Shown: positions 23,622 to 24,383 of the stretch, piece by piece | Position numbering within the stretch: the stretch's first letter is position 1 | Layout: the number at the start of each line of letters is the position of its first letter | Virus record (IMG/VR): IMGVR_UViG_3300020042_001182 | Location: 1 to 24,383 of that record | Length of the DNA stretch: 24,383 nucleotides | Strand: one strand, 5' to 3' | DNA from: a virus | Taxonomy: Duplodnaviria; Caudoviricetes | The notes under the pieces: generated by a model | The model's database searches: none | What the model was told of the DNA's origin: nothing | The model's input: the letters and a program-made list of their open reading frames with translations, nothing else | Position numbers and translations under genes: made by a program

Positions 23622-23876
23622 TTAGCACTTCCATCGTTTAAGTGACGCCTTGGCCCGTTCTGCTGGGCCTTTGGCATTTTGCACAACACCTTCCATCCGA
23701 GCGCAAAATGAGTCCTTGCGGCCCTGATCTGCCTTGGTTTTAGGGTTAGGGGCTGGCGCTTTCAAATTAGAGCCAGTAGCTGCATTGTACTTTTCCCGCC
23801 CTTTGGCAGTCAACCCTGCGCCTTTGGACGTAGGCAGCTTCTCGCCGCGTCCGACACTCAGAGATACCTTCTTCAT
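23622..23876 (-). CDS. Basic protein (84 aa, DUF6321-like)
   Basis: GAGLTAKGR, RKDSFCARM and SLKRWKC motifs. The likely start is ATG 23876 (ATGA overlap with terminase), not 23978. Confidence 0.7.
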   Translation of the reverse strand: MKKVSLSVGRGEKLPTSKGAGLTAKGREKYNAATGSNLKAPAPNPKTKADQGRKDSFCARMEGVVQNAKGPAERAKASLKRWKC

Positions 23877-24383
23877 GACCCCATCCACCCCGTAGATACC
23901 GCCGAGTGATCCGAATACCGCCGCGCCGTTGGCTCTCGGTACTCCCGATGCGCCACAGGAAACGCAAACGTCACGCATATTGCATCCGCAGCGTCTGGAC
24001 TAGCTAAACCTCGGGCTTTCATCTCTTTCTTACTCTCCAAGAAGATTGTTCCACGTGAATCAGGCTTCATCTTAGGCGAAATTAAGTCCGTTTTCAAGAA
24101 CCTGTCGGTCGGAATACTAGCAGATTTCAGCCACTCCCTCATTTCACCCCACATCTGAGCGCGCATATTTCCATACATTATCGGGTTTTTGGACTTATTT
24201 CCAAAGTTTACGCCCTTAATCTTGTACCGCTGCTCTTTGAGCCGGTCCACAATCCCCGCGCCCAGGCCACCCTCGTCGATCACCACCATTGCAGGCTTGT
24301 ACTCCTCCATCGCCTCAATGATGTGCCCCACCACCGTCATGGTGTCGTCGCCTCGGTGCCGCGTTATATTGACAATATCCCGT
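23873..24383 (-). CDS. terL: Terminase large subunit, C-terminal nuclease domain (5' partial)
   Basis: The frame is open to the window edge. Motifs VIDEGGLGAGIVDRL, NMRAQMW, LESKKEMKARGLASPDAADA. Upstream of the portal. Confidence 0.9.
   Translation of the reverse strand, partial: RDIVNITRHRGDDTMTVVGHIIEAMEEYKPAMVVIDEGGLGAGIVDRLKEQRYKIKGVNFGNKSKNPIMYGNMRAQMWGEMREWLKSASIPTDRFLKTDLISPKMKPDSRGTIFLESKKEMKARGLASPDAADAICVTFAFPVAHREYREPTARRYSDHSAVSTGWMGS

Noticed and set aside
23877-23978. Extended start of the DUF6321-like ORF
   Set aside because: It lies inside the terminase 3' end. ATG 23876 overlaps the terminase stop.
1-24383. tRNA, rRNA, intron/intein, IS element or strong intrinsic terminator
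   Set aside because: None was recognised by eye. Coding density leaves almost no room, and the core genes appear uninterrupted. A covariance-model scan was not possible.

Overview
A 24.4-kb piece of a tailed dsDNA phage genome with P22-like (podovirus) virion genes, arranged as two convergent arms. The + strand (27-3560) carries a VRR-NUC nuclease, an SNF2-family helicase and a run of small hypothetical genes. The - strand (24383-3525) is one tightly coupled late operon. In order it encodes: terminase large subunit (partial), four small Lys-rich proteins, portal, a block of accessory fibre/adhesin/tailspike genes, scaffold, P22-type coat protein, decoration and head-tail adaptor proteins, gp10-like tail hub, needle/fibre, a cupin-like protein, three DNA-ejection proteins and a lysis cassette (holin-like genes plus an M15 peptidase endolysin). 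I saw no tRNA, CRISPR array, integrase, transposase or reverse transcriptase. The most unusual observations are: (1) a perfect 42-bp direct repeat that duplicates part of the VRR-NUC 3' end, gives two alternative C-termini and brackets a low-GC extra gene; (2) a series of apparent 'gene scars' in the late operon, where a lost gene seems reduced to its first and last codons while start/stop overlaps and the downstream RBS survive, clearest at 20936-21025; (3) a twin-hairpin leader covering the scaffold RBS; (4) a modular set of fibre proteins with short candidate docking motifs. All family assignments come from motif recognition and gene order, not from database searches.
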